Part shown: positions 24,228 through 26,559 of the stretch, piece by piece
Layout of the letters: each line of letters starts with the position of its first letter
Numbering within the stretch: position 1 is the first letter of the stretch
IMG/VR virus record: IMGVR_UViG_3300017912_001811
Coordinates: 1 to 26,559 of that record
Direction: 5' to 3' (one strand)
Source: a virus
Taxonomy: Duplodnaviria; Caudoviricetes
Length of the DNA: 26,559 bases
Made by a program: the position numbers and the translations under genes
The notes under the pieces: model-generated
Databases searched by the model: none
The model's input: the letters and a program-made list of their open reading frames with translations, nothing else
Told to the model about the DNA's origin: nothing

Positions 24228-26219
24228 ATGGCTGAGGCGAATGTACGGCTAAGGGTTGATGGCCGTGATGCCGTCAATCAGCTAAATCGTGTCAACAAAG
24301 CCGCTGGCACGTTGCAAGGCACTGTCGGCAAACTTGTCGGGGCGTTTGCCGGAATCCAGGCTGCCAAGTTTGTTTTCTTCAAAACTGCTGAACTTGAGAC
24401 ACAGACCCGCAGCCTGAAAGTGCTGACGGGCTCTCTTAACGACGCTCAAAAAATTATTAAGGAACTGCAGCAGTTTGGTGCTGTTACTCCGTTTACCAGC
24501 TCTGAGCTGATTGAAACGGCAAAACGTCTCAAGGCATTTGGTTTTGAGACGGAAAAAATCGTTGATGTCACTAAAAGGCTGGGTGATATTGCCGGTGCTA
24601 CGGGTGCCGACCTTGGTGGCATTGCTACTGCGTTTGGTCAGATCCAAGCCAAGGGCAGGTTGCAGGGCGAAGAACTGCTGCAGTTGCAAGAACGTGGCGT
24701 TGACCTTCAAGGCACGCTGCGCAAAGAGTATGACCTAACTGCTGAGGAGTTCCAGAAAGCACTGAGCAAAGGTCAAATTGGCGCTGATGCCGTCACTTTT
24801 GCGCTTGAAAAACTAACTGAGAAGGGCGGTAAATATGCGGATGGCGCTATTGCGCAATCAGACACATTGAATGGCAAATTCAGCACCCTTACGGACAACA
24901 TTGATAATGTTGCTCGAACTATTGGTGAGGTCTTAACCCCTGCGCTGAAGGATGCTTTTGATCTTGCGATAAGAACGACCAATGCAATTAACGAGGCTTT
25001 AGCAGCTCGGAGCATAACGACCAAAGAGAAACAAGCTTTTCAGCAAGAAGCTGTCAGAGAGGTTCAGGCTGCTGGTGGTGGCTTTGGAGTTGGCAATGTT
25101 GTTGTACGCCACTTGGGCAAGACATATCAAGGCCCACCAGATCAAGTTATCAGGCAAATAACAAATGACCTTATCAACAAAGAGGTTCAAAAGCGTGCTG
25201 GCTCTAAGGCTTTAGCCGCCAGCACAGCAAATGCTGTTCCACAATTAACAAAACGACCAGACCTTGGGGGGCCCACAGGAGGCGGAACAGAACAAATAAA
25301 AGAACAAGCCGAAGCCACTGGTCAACTGAACCTAGACGCAATTTCATATTTAGAGACTTTAGAGGAAACTGAAAAGATTCAGTTTGAAGCTGGCCGTCAA
25401 ATTGCCGAACAGCTTAATTTGCATGACAGATTAACAAAAGAAGCAGAACGCAGAGCAAAAGCAGAACAGGTTGCAGCAGAAGCTGCTGATCCAGCTAACA
25501 AAATGCGAGAGGACTTAGAACAGTTACTTAAACTGGAAAATCAAGTTGCTGCTGGTGCTACTGCTATTGGCAATGCTTTCAGCAATGCTTTTACTAGCGT
25601 TATCAACGGCACGAAGAGTGCTGATCAGGCGATTGCAGACATGCTTTCGTCTGTTGCTGAGCACTTCATGAACATGGCGGCTCAGATTATTGCAAAGCAG
25701 CTAGCAATGATTGCCTATGGCCTAATCATGAAGGCTTTGGGTGTTGGTTTAGGCGCTCCTGATGCAGGTGACGCAATGGATGGTGGCAGCCCATTGCCGC
25801 AAATCGCAAATCCTGGTGAAATGCCTTTTGGATCGTTGCCTGGTGAATTTGCTGAAGGTGGTTATGTATCTGGTCCTACTCGCGCTCTCGTTGGTGAAGG
25901 CGGTGAACCTGAATACATCATCCCTGAAAGTAAGATGCGTGAAAGCATGGCGCGTTACTCACGCGGTGCTCGCGGTGGTTCCGTTATTCCAGAAGCAGGT
26001 GGCTCTGGAACGTCAGGTGAAGGTGGCGGAACAGCAGTTGCCGCACCAATCGATGTTCGCTATACCGTGGAACGGATCAACAACGTTGATTATGTAACGG
26101 CTGAGGAGTTCCAAGCTGGCATGAGGCAAGCCGCTAATCAAGGTGCTAAACAAGGTGAGCAACAAACGCTGAAGCGACTGCAAATGAGCAGTGGCACTCG
26201 TAAGAGGTTGGGAATGTGA
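24228..26219 (+). CDS. tail tape measure protein
   Basis: 663 aa with TPFTSSEL, FGQIQAKGRLQGEELLQLQERG and FAEGGYVSGPTRALVGEGGEPEYIIP motifs; GGAGG RBS. Confidence 0.93.
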   Translation: MAEANVRLRVDGRDAVNQLNRVNKAAGTLQGTVGKLVGAFAGIQAAKFVFFKTAELETQTRSLKVLTGSLNDAQKIIKELQQFGAVTPFTSSELIETAKRLKAFGFETEKIVDVTKRLGDIAGATGADLGGIATAFGQIQAKGRLQGEELLQLQERGVDLQGTLRKEYDLTAEEFQKALSKGQIGADAVTFALEKLTEKGGKYADGAIAQSDTLNGKFSTLTDNIDNVARTIGEVLTPALKDAFDLAIRTTNAINEALAARSITTKEKQAFQQEAVREVQAAGGGFGVGNVVVRHLGKTYQGPPDQVIRQITNDLINKEVQKRAGSKALAASTANAVPQLTKRPDLGGPTGGGTEQIKEQAEATGQLNLDAISYLETLEETEKIQFEAGRQIAEQLNLHDRLTKEAERRAKAEQVAAEAADPANKMREDLEQLLKLENQVAAGATAIGNAFSNAFTSVINGTKSADQAIADMLSSVAEHFMNMAAQIIAKQLAMIAYGLIMKALGVGLGAPDAGDAMDGGSPLPQIANPGEMPFGSLPGEFAEGGYVSGPTRALVGEGGEPEYIIPESKMRESMARYSRGARGGSVIPEAGGSGTSGEGGGTAVAAPIDVRYTVERINNVDYVTAEEFQAGMRQAANQGAKQGEQQTLKRLQMSSGTRKRLGM

Positions 26220-26559
26220 CACAGTTTGCTCTTGGACACGCTTGCAGGTTTCTGCTGAGGGGCATTGCAGAATTTAAAGAAAATGTCAGGTTTCAAAACT
26301 TTTTTATCGGCAAAGAAATTATCCACGCAAATCCAGCGCAACGTGCAGCAAATGCTCCTGGCTTAAGCTACAGATTTGCACCGTTTGGCTTTTCTGGTGT
26401 CACAGTGAACCGTTCAGGTGACGGCTTGGAATCAACCCTTGTTTTCCCAAACAATGAGTTAACGCGCTTTTTTGCAATCGATGCGATTGATAATTTTGCT
26501 ATTGCCAAGGTCGATGTGTTGATTATTGAGGACACCGATCCTGAAACTGGACCCACTGC
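26216..26559 (+). CDS. minor tail / tail-tip protein (partial, runs off window)
   Basis: GTG 26216 overlaps the tape measure stop and the frame is open to the window end: TQFALGH...RFQNFFIG...FAPFGFSGVTVNRSGD. Confidence 0.7.
   Translation, partial: MTQFALGHACRFLLRGIAEFKENVRFQNFFIGKEIIHANPAQRAANAPGLSYRFAPFGFSGVTVNRSGDGLESTLVFPNNELTRFFAIDAIDNFAIAKVDVLIIEDTDPETGPT

Noticed and set aside
13545-26556. Numerous minus-strand and alternate-frame ORFs over the structural genes
   Set aside because: They are shadows of well-supported plus-strand genes.

Overview
This window is a tailed-phage (siphovirus-type) genome segment. Its gene content and order resemble temperate-type marine Synechococcus siphoviruses such as the S-CBS group; this is recognised from memory, not from a search. 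From left to right it holds: (i) the end of an outer-membrane beta-barrel-like gene and a block of membrane/secreted proteins (1-2958); (ii) a lysis-like cassette with a papain-fold C39-like peptidase (3003-4240); (iii) a leftward recombination/early block with ssb, a ribbon-helix-helix (RHH) gene, erf, rusA, small ORFs and a PD-(D/E)XK nuclease (4325-8581); (iv) a rightward RHH gene and a RepA/AAA_25-like helicase carrying iteron-like repeats (8618-10749); (v) a ParB-like + glycosyltransferase + TET/JBP-like dioxygenase cassette (11411-13553) abutting the terminase genes; (vi) head, neck and tail morphogenesis genes through the tape measure protein and a truncated tail-tip gene. The main observations are a putative DNA base hypermodification cassette with no methyltransferase in the window, and four copies of one promoter architecture (TTGCMA-N17-CANNNT with a TGGCATGCCA palindrome). 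Also notable are a multi-stem intergenic RNA whose loop is complementary to three of those promoters' leaders, and a secreted-protein/outer-membrane module. No integrase, DNA polymerase, tRNA or CRISPR array was seen. All family assignments come from motif recognition by eye.
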